From Diploschistes diacapsis (lineage: Eukaryota): a stretch of DNA of 34,046 nt. The first letter of the stretch is position 1. Each line of letters opens with the position of its first letter. The stretch is taken from positions 1 to 34,046 of the forward strand of contig JALAIB010000088.1 of the NCBI GenBank assembly GCA_023645945.1. The letters run 5' to 3'. The notes beneath the pieces are model-generated. The model was given only the letters and a program-made list of their open reading frames with translations. It did no database searches and was not told where the DNA came from. Below are positions 1 through 11,843 of this stretch, in pieces. The position numbers were made by a program, and so were the translations under genes.

Positions 1-267
1 GGGCGGGGGTGGGACGAATCAGCAGGAATATTGGTGGTGGCTTTAAAGCGCACGCAGTAGAGGTGCTGAGGGGGTTCCAAGGGGGTAATGCTGTGCTGAT
101 ATGTGCTGAGCTCAGTGATCTGGGCGTTGCAATCTTTCTAGCACAGTGATTTGGCCTGCTCCATCCCGTGGCCCGGCGCTGGTTTTGTTTCGGCTGTTTC
201 GGTTAAAATAGCCGGTGCACCTGGGCAAGGGGGCAGGATCGTATGCGCAACGCTACTATGCCGACGT

Positions 268-3200
268 TCAAGTCATTTTGCTAGAGAACTGATCGAGTGA
301 AGATTGGCGCCTGACTTGCTCTTTAGCCCAACGTGCGGTTTCTCGGGTCCTAGTAGTGAAATCATTGTTCTGACGAACTTCCTTGATCAGAAGGGTGATC
401 CATTCTGAGCGAAAGTAGTTTGAATATTCGCCTTGTGGGAAAGCATCGGCAAGATCACTCATGCAAGGTTAGCAGTCTAGCTACTTTTCGTGGACAGAAT
501 GCTTACCCAATTACGCCCATGGCCGATCGCATCAATCCTTCGCTGCGGCTACCGTCCTGGTAGACGATGCTGAGGAGCTGGAAGATCGTATCCACGTATG
601 GTGCCAGAAGTTGCGCTAGCAGACTATCAGTAACCCTTGTATGAACGTGACTTGCTTCATACCGTTGGTGTCCTTCAATGCTAAGATGATACCCGACCAA
701 GCATCCATGATTCCCTCTCGAAGAGAAATCACGTATTCAACCAGATCATAGACTTGATCCGATCCTGGGGTGACGTTCGCCGCCTGCTGCAAAACTTGGA
801 CGACGACAGATAGATACGTTTCGAAATGAACACCGATCGCTTGCGCAATGTCGCCGAAGCATTGCAGGATTGCAGGCTTAAATTGGTTGCTGAGGGACGT
901 GCTCTGCTTTTTGTCAGTCGCGTCAAGACACAATATGCCGACTGTTACTTACCCGAAGGTTGTTCAACAAATAATTCATGAATGAATCACAGAATGGCTG
1001 TGCCTTGTCGCCAAGCGAGCGAGTAATATCACTAACCAAGCCGATCGCGATGGAGCATAGCGAAGGCTCCTCGTGGTTGCCCAGTGCATTGTACAGGAAC
1101 GGTGCAAATGGCTCCATGTACTTGACAAAGTCATCTTCGCAACTCGACGACAGTGCGCCGACCGCTGCAAAGACGATCTCGGGCACGCTGGACCCCTTGG
1201 AAACACTTGACAGCATGCGAAGAAGGATGGTCATGATGTGGTCTGCCTGCGGCTTAATCTCCGTTCCTAGACGCTGAATGATGGCCTGCTGTAGATGAGC
1301 AATGGAAGTTTAGGTGCAGAGTAAATTCCCACGTACGAGAAGACAGCTGGTCACACTGTTCTGCATTTCTTCCAACATCATCTTGTCGTCCACGCTTACG
1401 ACCTGCTGCTGCATCGGAACAGTAGCCTCCAAGCGCTGGACTATAACGTCCAGCAGCTTCGCAACGATGGGCAGGGAGTCCTGTGCCGCCTGGCCAACGA
1501 AAGAGTTCAACATCTCGTAGGCCGCGGTGCGTAGCTGGCTGTTATCGGATCTGCCACAAGGTCAGTATTGCGAAAGGGCACTCGAGCTTGGACTCACTTC
1601 TCGGTAACATTCAGAGCTGCCTGGACAGTTCCTTGAAAGTGGGGAGATAGCGTGTTAGTCTCCCCTTCACCTCCAAAAGCATCGGCGATATTCATGAGGG
1701 CCCAACAGCACGAGCCCGCCATTCTCGGAGAGCTCTGGATGCCGGCGAAAAGAGCCTCGAGGAGCGTCTGGAGCTGGGTGTTTGGGTCGATGGCCTCTGG
1801 GATAACCTCGCAGATCCGCCCAAGCGCATACGCTGCAGAGTCTTTGACATGAACGTTCTCGTCCTGCATCTTCTGCAAGATCAGCGACAGACCTTGCTTG
1901 ACCATGGTCTCAAGCATCTTGTCGTCCGGACCGTCCATGATGGCACCAAAGGCCGAGACGGCCGCATCGCGCTTGTGCCAGTCTGGATCGGGCAGAAGCT
2001 GTTCTACGAAGCGCAAAACCCCCGGCGCAATCTCTCCTCGAGTGCATTGCGAGAAGAGTTGTAAACACTGATAAGCAGCCCTCGAGACATTGTACTCGTC
2101 ATCGGATGCGTCTTCCTCCTGCTTCGTCAATAGTTCGATCAAGGTCGGAACGACTTCCCCTGCCGCGACCCTCGAAAAGTTGTAATGAGGTCGGGGCTCG
2201 CTCCCGGTAAGCGTGGCCTGTTGAAAAGTTAAACAAAGATGTGCAAAAATTCTTGGTGGTACGCACGCTCTCATTGTCATCGTCAATGTTAAGCTCTTCT
2301 TCACACACGGTGCTCCAGAATTCCACAGCGAGCTTCGCAACATCCTCGTCCTCATTCTTCATTCCGATGATGGTCAGGCCGTAGAGTGCCTTTTCCATGT
2401 AAAACTTCATCTTCTCGTAGTAGAGCCCCATTATCCTGTTCAAGCAGCCAAACGCACCGGCCTCCACGCGCGTGTCGCCTGATTGTGTAGCTTCGCAGAC
2501 GACCTGCATGATGTAGTTGCGCTCGCCCTCGTTTTCAAAGTTAGTTCGCACAAACTCAAGACAGTCCGAGAGGGCCGAAACGGCCGAGTTCCGCACTTCG
2601 ATGTTGGGCTCCTCCTTTCGAGCGCCCTGAACGACGGCTGTGAGGATGGAATTTGAGTGCTGGCCCAACGCAGCTCGCAGTTGGACGTCCTCCGACTCGC
2701 AAATGTAGCCGATGGTGACGAGAGAAGCCTGCTTTGTGTGATCCCCGCCAGTTCCCACATTCTCCACCAGCGTGGGCATCAGTTCTGGCCACTCGTTTCG
2801 TGGCAGTTCGATAGCTGCTATCGAAGCAATGAACTGCCCAGATGCTTGGCCAGCCTTTTTGTCGTTTGATCGCAGCGTTTGCAGGGCCAAGCTCTTGACA
2901 TTTTTCTTTACCGTAGGATCGACCTGCTGTGTCCATTTCTGCTGAATTTCCCTCAGTCGTGTAAAATCACGGGACGAAAACAAATTTTTCAAGGCCAGAC
3001 CGGCGACTATCCGAATTTGAGGTTGTGCTTGTTCATTGGCGAGCTCCTGTCCCAGAGTGACCAGGTATTCCGACTGATATGAATATTAACTCCGCCGCCA
3101 TGAAGCCTCTGGCCGCGAGAGGCGGTTGACCATGGGAAACTCACAAAGTTCACTTCAGCGGCTTGATTCAGCTGTTGTTCGGCATTTTGACGCGTCGAAT

Positions 3201-3304
3201 CATCTAGGAGATCAGTTTAGTCTACTCTCCATAGCCGTAGTTGACGATGAAGGGGTAGACGTACCAGGAGAGAGGGTGCTCTCCAGCACTTGGTTGACGT
3301 CCAT
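268..3304 (-). CDS. KAP95: Importin beta-1 (karyopherin beta-1), 9 exons, ~870 aa
   Basis: Exons 3304-3265, 3203-3145, 3073-2267, 2217-1598, 1550-1337, 1285-953, 903-663, 615-507, 457-268 join in frame (2613 nt). Protein begins MDVNQVLESTLSPDDSTRQNAEQQL and carries importin-beta HEAT motifs (AGLALKN, IAAIELPRNEWPEL, NFENEGERNYIMQVVCEATQ, AVEFWSTVCEEE, WHKRDAAVSAFGAIMDGP, FKPAILQCFGDIAQAI, MGVIGDLADAFP). Confidence 0.96.
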
Positions 3305-3886
3305 GGCGCGATATCCGCGGAAGAGATGATGTTTCCAGCAGAGGTTTCAGATCGGATCAGATAGATGTAAATATCTAGCCGACAGATTTTGTATGTTCAC
3401 AGGGCATCCGGGTCCCTGCTCGTTGCAGTGTTTGTATGACTTTGCAAGAGTTTACTTTTAGTGTTATGGAGACCAAGCCACAAGCGAGTTAAAGCGTGCA
3501 GCACCGTTTTGCGTTTCTTTTGGAACGGTATGACACAGACTTGAATGTCATGCTACAAATGGCTGATATCTATTACTGTTGCTTTATATGTGCCCTTCAC
3601 AGACACTATTAGGTAGAGTTGGAGGGCGCAAGGCAGTCGAGTGCAGTCTTGTCATATTTTTTCGTTCCTGATCCAGTGCCGTCACTAATTCCAGTGTTAG
3701 CCCAGGAGACCTTGGTGGCCCGTGCACTGTACGTCCAATACTGTAAGGCCGAACACTACTACTAGGAATCCGGGCTTTCACGAAGATACAACCTTATTCT
3801 TGTGTGTGGCTGTTGCGGTAACATTATCTTCGAGGGTAGCATTGGAGCTTATATAACTATATGGATATCTTTGAAGCAACAGCAAA

Positions 3887-6512
3887 TCACATCGCCATGC
3901 CAGAACCTTTGTTGCGTTCGTTTGGATCATCAGTCTCCCTCTCACCCTCTTCCTCCTCTTCATGGGATGAGTCCATATCATACAACGTATATCGTAATCC
4001 ATCTTTTGATGTCACACAGACAACTCGACGCCCCTTCCTTCCATTCACCTCTAAACTCCCGGGGCTCCAGGCTTGAGCTCCGGCTGGGAAAGTATGTCGT
4101 ACGTACGGATCCAGATGTTTTGAACTCGAGAGGTTTAGTATAGGCTGGCAGTTTCGATAGGGTAGGTAGCAAAGACAAGCGTCCGCCTCTGATTGTGTCA
4201 GTCACGGCGCTAGCTCCAAGATTGGGGTTTTGGTACTTTTATTGGCAAGGATCACGGCAAAATTCGTGTCATCCATGAACTTCAAGTCTCGGATTTCGGT
4301 TCCCTTTGATAGGAGAAACGTCGTGCTGAAAACATTATCCTTGGAGCTGGAGCTTATGCCGTTGGTGACGTTCAAATCTATTCGCTGGAGTTGTACTATG
4401 CTTCGCGTAAATATCAGAAAATAGAACGAGAATATAGACTCACTCGATGGACGGGACCCCTTCCAATCCATCACTACAAAAACGGACACCATATCGGATT
4501 CAGAGTCGTTGTCCTAAAAGTAGTCAGTATCTGGACATGAGAATCAATGACCAAGGCATACCTTTGGAATCATTGTCATGTCATAATGATCCGTCGCTTG
4601 GCCAACCCGAAGTGACTGGCCAAATCGCACTTTTTGCCGCTGCGCCGATGCAGTTCTTTCAAAGACGACTTTGCATTGACGATCGAGGCGCAATAACAAT
4701 GAATGTAGTCCGGGTAGCCTCCTCTCTGGGCGGGTTCCATCTCTCATTTTCCTTACTTCGATCTTGTATCGATCGTACAAGGGGCTAACACCGTCCATAG
4801 CCTCCCAATCTGGCCGCTGCTCGTCAGGTTGCTGCATGTCAAAAAGCTCAAACAACTGACTTTGCTGCATCGCTCCTTGCACGTAGTCAAGGATCTGCTG
4901 GTAATCTAGCATCACATCCTTGTCTATGCTCTCCTCGGCGGCTGACGACATGGGGTCTGTGGCCTGTGTTTCGATCTCCTGGCGAACCCAAGCAGAGAAC
5001 GCAATGAATTGGCGCAGTTCCACACCCGCGTAAATCAGAATCGTATGGCACAATAGCTGTAGGCAGCAAATAGTGTCAAAGATTTGGTCGAACTCGAGCG
5101 TCTCTAGACCGAGCGCTACCCTAGACTCTTCGAATTTTGACAGGCCTCGCAATCGGCTTACAACAATGCTGAACCGCTGCAGGGCCGGAAGGAGATTCTC
5201 GTGAGTAAGGCGACGTACGTTTTCATAGCCGGTTGTGGCGGTCTTGTCCCATCTCTTTTGACCCTGTAGCCCTTTTAGTTCAACTGCCTGCTTCTGAAAA
5301 AATTTAGGGGTAAAATACCCGTTCTCCAAGTTCATCAACAAGCCACTCTCTCATTGCCTCATAGCAGTCCCCTGTAGCAACGAGATGGAACGCTGCGGTG
5401 ACAAAGTTGCATTGGTTCTTTTCCTGAAGTGCTTCTTCAATATTTGCGATAAAGCGCTTTGGGAGATCTTGCGAAGTACTGAACTCCTTGTAAATTTGAA
5501 TCTGTGTAGCTATCAGGTAGCGAAGCAACATTTGAAGCTGCGTAGACTTTGAGGCTATCAGTGACAGATAATTTCCGGTTTCTGGAATCATGCGAAGGTC
5601 TAGCGGAACCAGGATAAGGTTGTCACGCCCATCATATTGTGTGAAATATAGCAGAGCATGTGTCGAAGAATAGGGATGACTAGCATGCTTTAGAAGTTCA
5701 AATGCTGACTCCCAAGGACCTACATGGAAAACTCCAATATGAAAAGAGTCGTAGATCCTCATGTGCAGTGTTCCGTCCTTTGTACCAACTAACATGACAT
5801 CAACGGAATCGTTCGTGTCCTTCTTGCAATTATGGAACAAGGAGTCTATTGCTGCCCGAGAGCCAAACAGATCGTCACTACTATTCGTCAGCCAAATTGA
5901 TGCAAGTCGATACGCTCGTCTTTGGCATACTCTTTGCTCCCGAGCGGCAGGGTGCTCAATTTGGGTAAGACAGCCTCAACGTCTATATTCGCAAGGTCGG
6001 CCGGCAAGTCTTGTGGTAGATCCTCTAGGAGACCGTGAAGTCCTCGACTAAGCACGTCATCAAGAGTAAATTCCTTGTTCGTCCCATCGAGACGAGTCTT
6101 GATCGTGAAAGACTCTGGAAAGGTGGTACCCCAGCCCAAACAGCACAGCATAGCTTCGTTTCCGCTCTCATTAGTCACACGATTGACGGTTTTCCCTGTG
6201 TTGGCGTTGACCAAGGACAACGACTGGTCGCTGAAGGCAACGGCAAGAAGACGACCTGCAGCATTGACTTAGCATAGCACGACCATACCGTTGTAACAGC
6301 AGACCATTGTGCTTCCACTGTAAATGAGTTACCTGGCATTGAGGCTTCCTGTTCGCTACGCCCAACACCCGCTGCCCATTCAAGCGGAAGATTTGAACCT
6401 GCTCATCTACAGTTGCTATGGCTATGAGATCCATTGTAGGACAGTAGGCCACAAGGCCAGGCTTGATTGCCTGCGGCAGAAGCTTTTCTGCCAACTGATT
6501 GAGTGAAGGCAT
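3887..6512 (-). CDS. APC4: Anaphase-promoting complex subunit 4 (Apc4/Cut20), 7 exons, ~774 aa
   Basis: Exons 6512-6305, 6255-5931, 5877-5319, 5263-4562, 4513-4444, 4395-4237, 4188-3887 join in frame (2325 nt). N-terminal WD40 (YCPTMDLIAIA...IFRLNGQRV...LQWKHNGRLLAVAFSD), Apc4 long domain (EWLVDELGERGQKRWDK...HENLLPALQR) and C-terminal LEVNGRKGRRVVCV. The last exon is absent from the ORF track and was read by hand (stop at 3887-3889). Confidence 0.92.
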
Positions 6513-6935
6513 ATTGTTCGGATCTTCATTGTTGCTCTCATAGAGTATATGTATGTAGTGACTGCACTACTATTAGATTATGATAGCTCGGGAAAAAACC
6601 ATCATAAGCCCCTTATGGCCAGAACATAAAAACGAGACAGAACTTCCACTAGCATGGTTTGGTGTAAGATGCCTGGCTAGAGCAGACATTTCTATATTGG
6701 GACAAGGTGTGGTTTATTAGGAAAAAAGTAGGTATCTAGATGTTTTTAACAATTTCCTCATTACTATACAATACGAGCTGACGACTTCAATTGACCTCCA
6801 ACCTTTTGGGAAGGCTTTACCTGTTCCACAATTTTGAATGAGTTCTATCATAGCATTACAAATGTTTCTCATTGGACAATTGCAATACTTGATCTTGTGA
6901 AGCGCATACGTTACGTTCATTGCTTTCAGGCTAGT

Positions 6936-8674
6936 CTACTCTATTGTATAAGCATCGGCCACCGACCTCACATCCTTCGTAAATGCCATGTTCTCATTCA
7001 TGTCTATCAAAGTAACAGAGGAAACCTAGCAAATGACTGTTAGTATAATCCTTCGAAGACAAAGACCCCAACTTACATCCACGTCGATGAACGGCCTGCT
7101 TTTTGCAAAGCTCACTTTCATTGGGAAAAACTCAGACTCGTCCTCGGTCTGAGCCTCGAACTCGAACGATCCGCTGGAGTTGGCCGAGTCGACTGGGCCA
7201 ATCTTCCACTCTAGGCTGTCCCCGGACACTTCATATATTGCATCGAAGCTTGCAATTGCCGGCTCGCTCGTTGTATAGGGTATCAGCACCACAACATCAT
7301 TGAGCGAATCGTCTCCTGTAAACTCGTATTCCACGGTAACTGTGTAGGAATCATCCGAGCCCTTATTGCTCCACACGGTAAACGTAATGGGAAGAGCATC
7401 CGCTGCGTCAGCGCCTGGGTTGGCCGTCCACCGCAGCACCTGTACGGCTCTATCGGTGGGGTAAGCTTTTAATTGATCCTTTAGTTGGATGATTTGAGAG
7501 TTGCTGAACATGGCCTTGTCAACCCGTGGGTTGGTGTTAAACTGCGCTCCGTGCGATATATTGGCTGATACATTTAGCTTCAATCTAGTAAGAGACGAGT
7601 CGGTGATCTTCAGCTCCAGGTCTCCCTTCACACTGAACGATTTCAAGGAACCTTCACGCGAGATTTTTGCGGAGATGGTCTCGGCGATAGTGATGTGAAT
7701 GGCGGCTCGATCAAGCGAAGCTCGTCCGGAAGGCTCTTTTTGTATAATAGCAGCAGCTTGCAAGGTTGGGACTAGCGGGGCTGACTCTTCGGCCTGGACT
7801 CCCAAGTCTCCGCGGACCTTCTCGAACATGTCTGTCGTTTTCGACTTCTTTCCGAGTTGCATACCCTTTCCCTTTGGTGCTGCAGGTCTGCGCCAATGTG
7901 AGTATACGGCGTACGATATTGTGTAAGATATACTTGAAAGTCTTCTTCTTCTCCGCTTCGTAGCTGTCATAAGTTTCTGGGATAGCAGGTCGCACTGGAG
8001 GTGTGTACGTCGGATACGCAGACGCTTGAGAAGCGGCGGTTCGCCCACTTCTGGCCATCTCCCTTCGTTGCGCTTCCAGTCGCTTCGCGGTACTTCTCCT
8101 AAACTCTGAAGCCTCGAGCTCCTTGTTCTAGATTGGTCAGTACATTAGCTTGATGTAGGAAACTTGAATGCCCTTCATACCCGCGCAATAATCTCTTGTA
8201 TTACTTCCTCATGGCTTTCCATTTCTAGGAACGTTTTGATCTGGCCAATGGAGAGGTTCTCGCGGTATCCGAGGGTCACTAGCTCGTCGAACGCGCTGAG
8301 AAGTTCATAGGCATTTCGCAATATTTCTCGTTCGTCTAGGCTTTTGCAGATGCTAGAGACAACCTGCGCAAACAGGTGGAGGGAGTCAATGTCTTGGAGG
8401 ATATTCGATTGACGATTGGTGATGAGCACCATGTAGAGCTCGTCAAGGGGCTGATAAACGTATCTGACGTTATCTTGCTCGACAGTAGTATGTTGGGTCC
8501 CGGAATCGGCCAACTTGGGGAAAGATGCGAGCAGGCCCTCGACCCGGGACCTTGCGATATCTCGGAATTGCCTCGAAAGGACAGCTTTGCCCCCTCGGGT
8601 GCAAATTGACGCCACGAGGACAACCTAGTAAATCTCAGCAGGGACAATAGAATCGATTCCAGCTTTGGTACCAT
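6936..8674 (-). CDS. RET2: Coatomer (COPI) subunit delta, 5 exons, ~513 aa
   Basis: Exons 8674-8672 (ATG only), 8624-8181, 8127-7934, 7887-7077, 7025-6936. Longin domain MVVLVASICTRGGKAVLSRQF...VRYVYQPLDELYMVLITNRQSNILQDIDSLHLF, the KGMQLGKK motif and a C-terminal mu-homology domain (LPITFTVW...SSGSFEF...FFPMKVSF). Confidence 0.96.
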
Positions 8675-9161
8675 TGGAAAAACTTAAGACTTTGGGAGGC
8701 AAAATGGCGGCAGGTCGTATGTATATACGTGTATAGTAGGTAGAGGAGTGTCAAGTTTTCCTGCAGACTTGCCCAAATCCACCCTATATTAGTATTGGTG
8801 TGCTCTTAGGAAAGATCACGCTATTACTTAATTTAAGCTAGTCCGTATGCGGTGGAGGGAGCTGATGAAGAGAACACGAGCTCCGCTTCTCTCTCATCTT
8901 CTTCCTTCCCTTTCGTTCGTTGATTTTCTGGCCAAGTGAGCTTCACAAACTGCAACACTTGCTACAACTCATCAAGTATCTGTTGCACATGAAACTCAAT
9001 GTCTGACTCTAACCGTACACTTCATAAACCCAGTCGGAAATCGGAAATGCTACACCACTTAGAGTGTTCAGGACGATCACAGCCTTACGCGCACACGCGT
9101 TGATTATTTATCTTCATCATTTACCACCTCGTTTGCTTCAACCCTTGAGTTTGCGTTCAAA
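8675..9161. promoter_or_regulatory. Divergent promoter region shared by RET2 and the DUF2420 gene, with MCB-like boxes
   Basis: 487 nt between divergent ATGs. Contains a pyrimidine-rich tract (~8885-8930), a TCGGAAA direct repeat (9034-9047), ACGCGC (9087-9092) and ACGCGT (9095-9100). Confidence 0.55.
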
Positions 9162-11843
9162 ATGGCCTCGATCGAACAAATGATGCCAGACTATCCCATG
9201 ATGGAGAATACGGACGATTTGATGGAAGATTTGGCAGATGTGGAAAGACAGCAAGATCTCGCTGTCGAGGACATTGACATTGACCTTGAATCCAATCAAG
9301 GCATCCAGCATGATGAGCAAATGGCTGAGATTGATTTTGACTTGGACGATTACGAACCCGAAATTGTTCAGACTAGCTTGGATAAGGATGATGAAATGGC
9401 AGATGAAGAACAACAGGACATGCTCGGAGACCATGAGATCCAGGACGAGTTTCCGAAACTAGGCAGCCTGCATGCACAGAATACATCGACTGAGGTTCGC
9501 ATGGCAGACCGAGCGACTCCTCAACCCTTTTATAATGGCAAGAGCGGATTCCAAGAGGACGATATCGATTTCGATGTGGAGGAGGAAATTAACTACGAAG
9601 AGCTCTTGACAGTGCCAAAGGTACGAGAGGACAGAAACACTGGATCTACTCAACATATCGGTGAAGTGAAAACAGCTCCACTTGAAGAACATTTCTCCAA
9701 ACTTACTAATCCTGACAATAATCATGAGCCCTTTACCCAGAATGACAAGGGGGAGCCTGAAGAGATTGAAAATCTTTCAGTCGCTCCCATTAATAGCGAG
9801 GATGGTGTCGACCTAGCCGGTCTTGATCAAGTCCAGACAGCAGGTCTTGATGCAAGTAATGCAATAGAGCAAACCTCCAAACTGCAAGAGCTTTTCGAAG
9901 AAGATTCTGTGGCAATCTCAGAGACCCAAGGCGAGAACCGTGAAGAAGTACAGTCTTTTAACACTGATGCGTCATTACCAACTGAGGATAGACTGGCGGG
10001 TAAGGGAAACCTCCTGCAGGTCACAGAAATTACAGCACTTCAGCCAAAGGAACGTTTTGCAGATGCGGATGCGGAACAGATGGGCTTGAAAGGGTTAATT
10101 CAAACTGCAGACGATGCAGATAACCGGGCATCATCAAACCTGGCTGGTGCTTTACCTGAATACAGGGACCAGGAGCAGCTTCATGTTCCTGACGACTCCA
10201 TCGACGACATTTATCCGATGATCGTTGAATTCAACGGTCAAGAGCTATCACTTTTCATTCCTTCGGCTGATGATGTGTCGGAGATGTTTCTTCTCTCGGA
10301 TCACAGTCTCATAGAACAGGATGTACAAGCTCTATTGCATGAATGCAGATCTGTGCTGAGTACTGATCTAAGCCTGGACGAGGATCTTATTCTAGGTTTT
10401 CCGGCATTGGGATTAGAGATAAGTGAAAATGACGGGGCTGCGACAACGACAAGCCTCGCTCAGCTCCGTGATACCTTCATCAGTCTCAACCACAATGATG
10501 GAATTGAAGAAACAGGACCTCTGTACCTCCAGCTGACCACCAAGTTTAAGGTTACGGCTCAGTTATCTAGGCTGCGCGTCATGATCGAGGAAGGTAAAGG
10601 TCTAAAAGATCTTAAGAATGAGGATGAGATTTTCGATCGGAATGGGGACTCGGAAGAAACCTCAATTCCTGACGCTAGTAGCTGTAGAGAAGTCCTGGGC
10701 GTGCAGGATGTTCTGACTGCTGAAACGGACGATACCCGAAATCAGCCGCAGCAAAAAATGACCCAGAATGAACGGGAAAAGGGAGGCCCACAACGGGGGA
10801 AAACTCCCCTTCCGGACGACATAGAAGACGAAAACGAACTCATTGACTTTGGTAGCCCTCGTCACAAGTCAAAGCAAAATCCACTAGATGTTTCAAAGGG
10901 CATGAGGAATCAAGAAACCAGGAGCCACGGTATTTCCGAAGTGCGCAGCATTGAGGCTCCTGGGACTAACAAACCTCCTGCGGAAGGTGAACCTGGCATT
11001 CAAGCAGAGAAGCCATTGGTAAATTCAAACTCAGAACTCGCCAACCTATTACCCAATGACGATGACACTTTTGCTGGAGCACACTTCCAAGGAGACATGA
11101 AACCTTACGACGGACCAGATATAAACATTGGAAACAGTAAAGATGCGAACGATTTAGCGGCTACTGACACTGAGACAATCCAAAACGAGCTCTCGGGCGC
11201 ATCGTCTACTCTCCAAGAAGATGAAATTGATTTTCCACCTGGTAAGTTCTTGTATGTTCAAAACATAATACTTTTTGCTAATCGGTTCTCAGACAATCCT
11301 GAAGATTCTGAAGACAAAACTGACAATGGCAGCTTAAGCAAACTCCGAACGAACGGGCTTGATGAAGCAACCGGCCCCGAGGAGAACGACCTTGGATTCG
11401 ACTTTGATGACTGCGCTGGGATAAACGATACGGTGACTAAAATGGAGCCTGACGCGGCTGTGGTGGAGAGGTTCAATGAAGGACTCAATAGTTTTCCGAA
11501 CCCCGAACCTTCCAAATACGTTATATCTGAGACCTCGATCAATGCCCAGAGCGCGGCAAGACCTTACAAAACCAAGGATCTGGACCATATTGATTTCGAC
11601 GAGATCGACTTTCCCACAGATGACGAGGATACGGAACCTAATGTTCAACCCCTTGCACCTGCTTTGGGCTTGGAAAACGCAGAGTCTGGTGGTGAAAAAT
11701 TCGAATCGTTGAAGCGCTCGCGTCCTTATGACGAGGATGCGAACGTGGTAAATGCCTCGCCCAGTAAGTTTATTGTTCCGGCGTCTTCTAGAGCTGAGAC
11801 TGATTGTCTAATAGACGGCTTGAAAAGGCAGCGATCGAATTGA
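9162..11843 (+). CDS. Acidic, largely disordered conserved fungal protein with a central DUF2420 (Rmr1-like) domain, ~859 aa after splicing
   Basis: 893-codon ORF containing two 51-nt introns (11242-11292 GTAAGT..GCTAAT..CAG; 11764-11814 GTAAGT..CTGAT..TAG). The folded-looking segment at ~10212-10600 (YPMIVEFNGQELSLF...FLLSDHSL...LLHECRSVL...LGLEISE...PLYLQLT) resembles DUF2420 as I recall the family; no HMM search was run. Basic C-terminal NLS-like LKRSRP...LKRQRS. Confidence 0.8.
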   Translation: MASIEQMMPDYPMMENTDDLMEDLADVERQQDLAVEDIDIDLESNQGIQHDEQMAEIDFDLDDYEPEIVQTSLDKDDEMADEEQQDMLGDHEIQDEFPKLGSLHAQNTSTEVRMADRATPQPFYNGKSGFQEDDIDFDVEEEINYEELLTVPKVREDRNTGSTQHIGEVKTAPLEEHFSKLTNPDNNHEPFTQNDKGEPEEIENLSVAPINSEDGVDLAGLDQVQTAGLDASNAIEQTSKLQELFEEDSVAISETQGENREEVQSFNTDASLPTEDRLAGKGNLLQVTEITALQPKERFADADAEQMGLKGLIQTADDADNRASSNLAGALPEYRDQEQLHVPDDSIDDIYPMIVEFNGQELSLFIPSADDVSEMFLLSDHSLIEQDVQALLHECRSVLSTDLSLDEDLILGFPALGLEISENDGAATTTSLAQLRDTFISLNHNDGIEETGPLYLQLTTKFKVTAQLSRLRVMIEEGKGLKDLKNEDEIFDRNGDSEETSIPDASSCREVLGVQDVLTAETDDTRNQPQQKMTQNEREKGGPQRGKTPLPDDIEDENELIDFGSPRHKSKQNPLDVSKGMRNQETRSHGISEVRSIEAPGTNKPPAEGEPGIQAEKPLVNSNSELANLLPNDDDTFAGAHFQGDMKPYDGPDINIGNSKDANDLAATDTETIQNELSGASSTLQEDEIDFPPGKFLYVQNIILFANRFSDNPEDSEDKTDNGSLSKLRTNGLDEATGPEENDLGFDFDDCAGINDTVTKMEPDAAVVERFNEGLNSFPNPEPSKYVISETSINAQSAARPYKTKDLDHIDFDEIDFPTDDEDTEPNVQPLAPALGLENAESGGEKFESLKRSRPYDEDANVVNASPSKFIVPASSRAETDCLIDGLKRQRSN

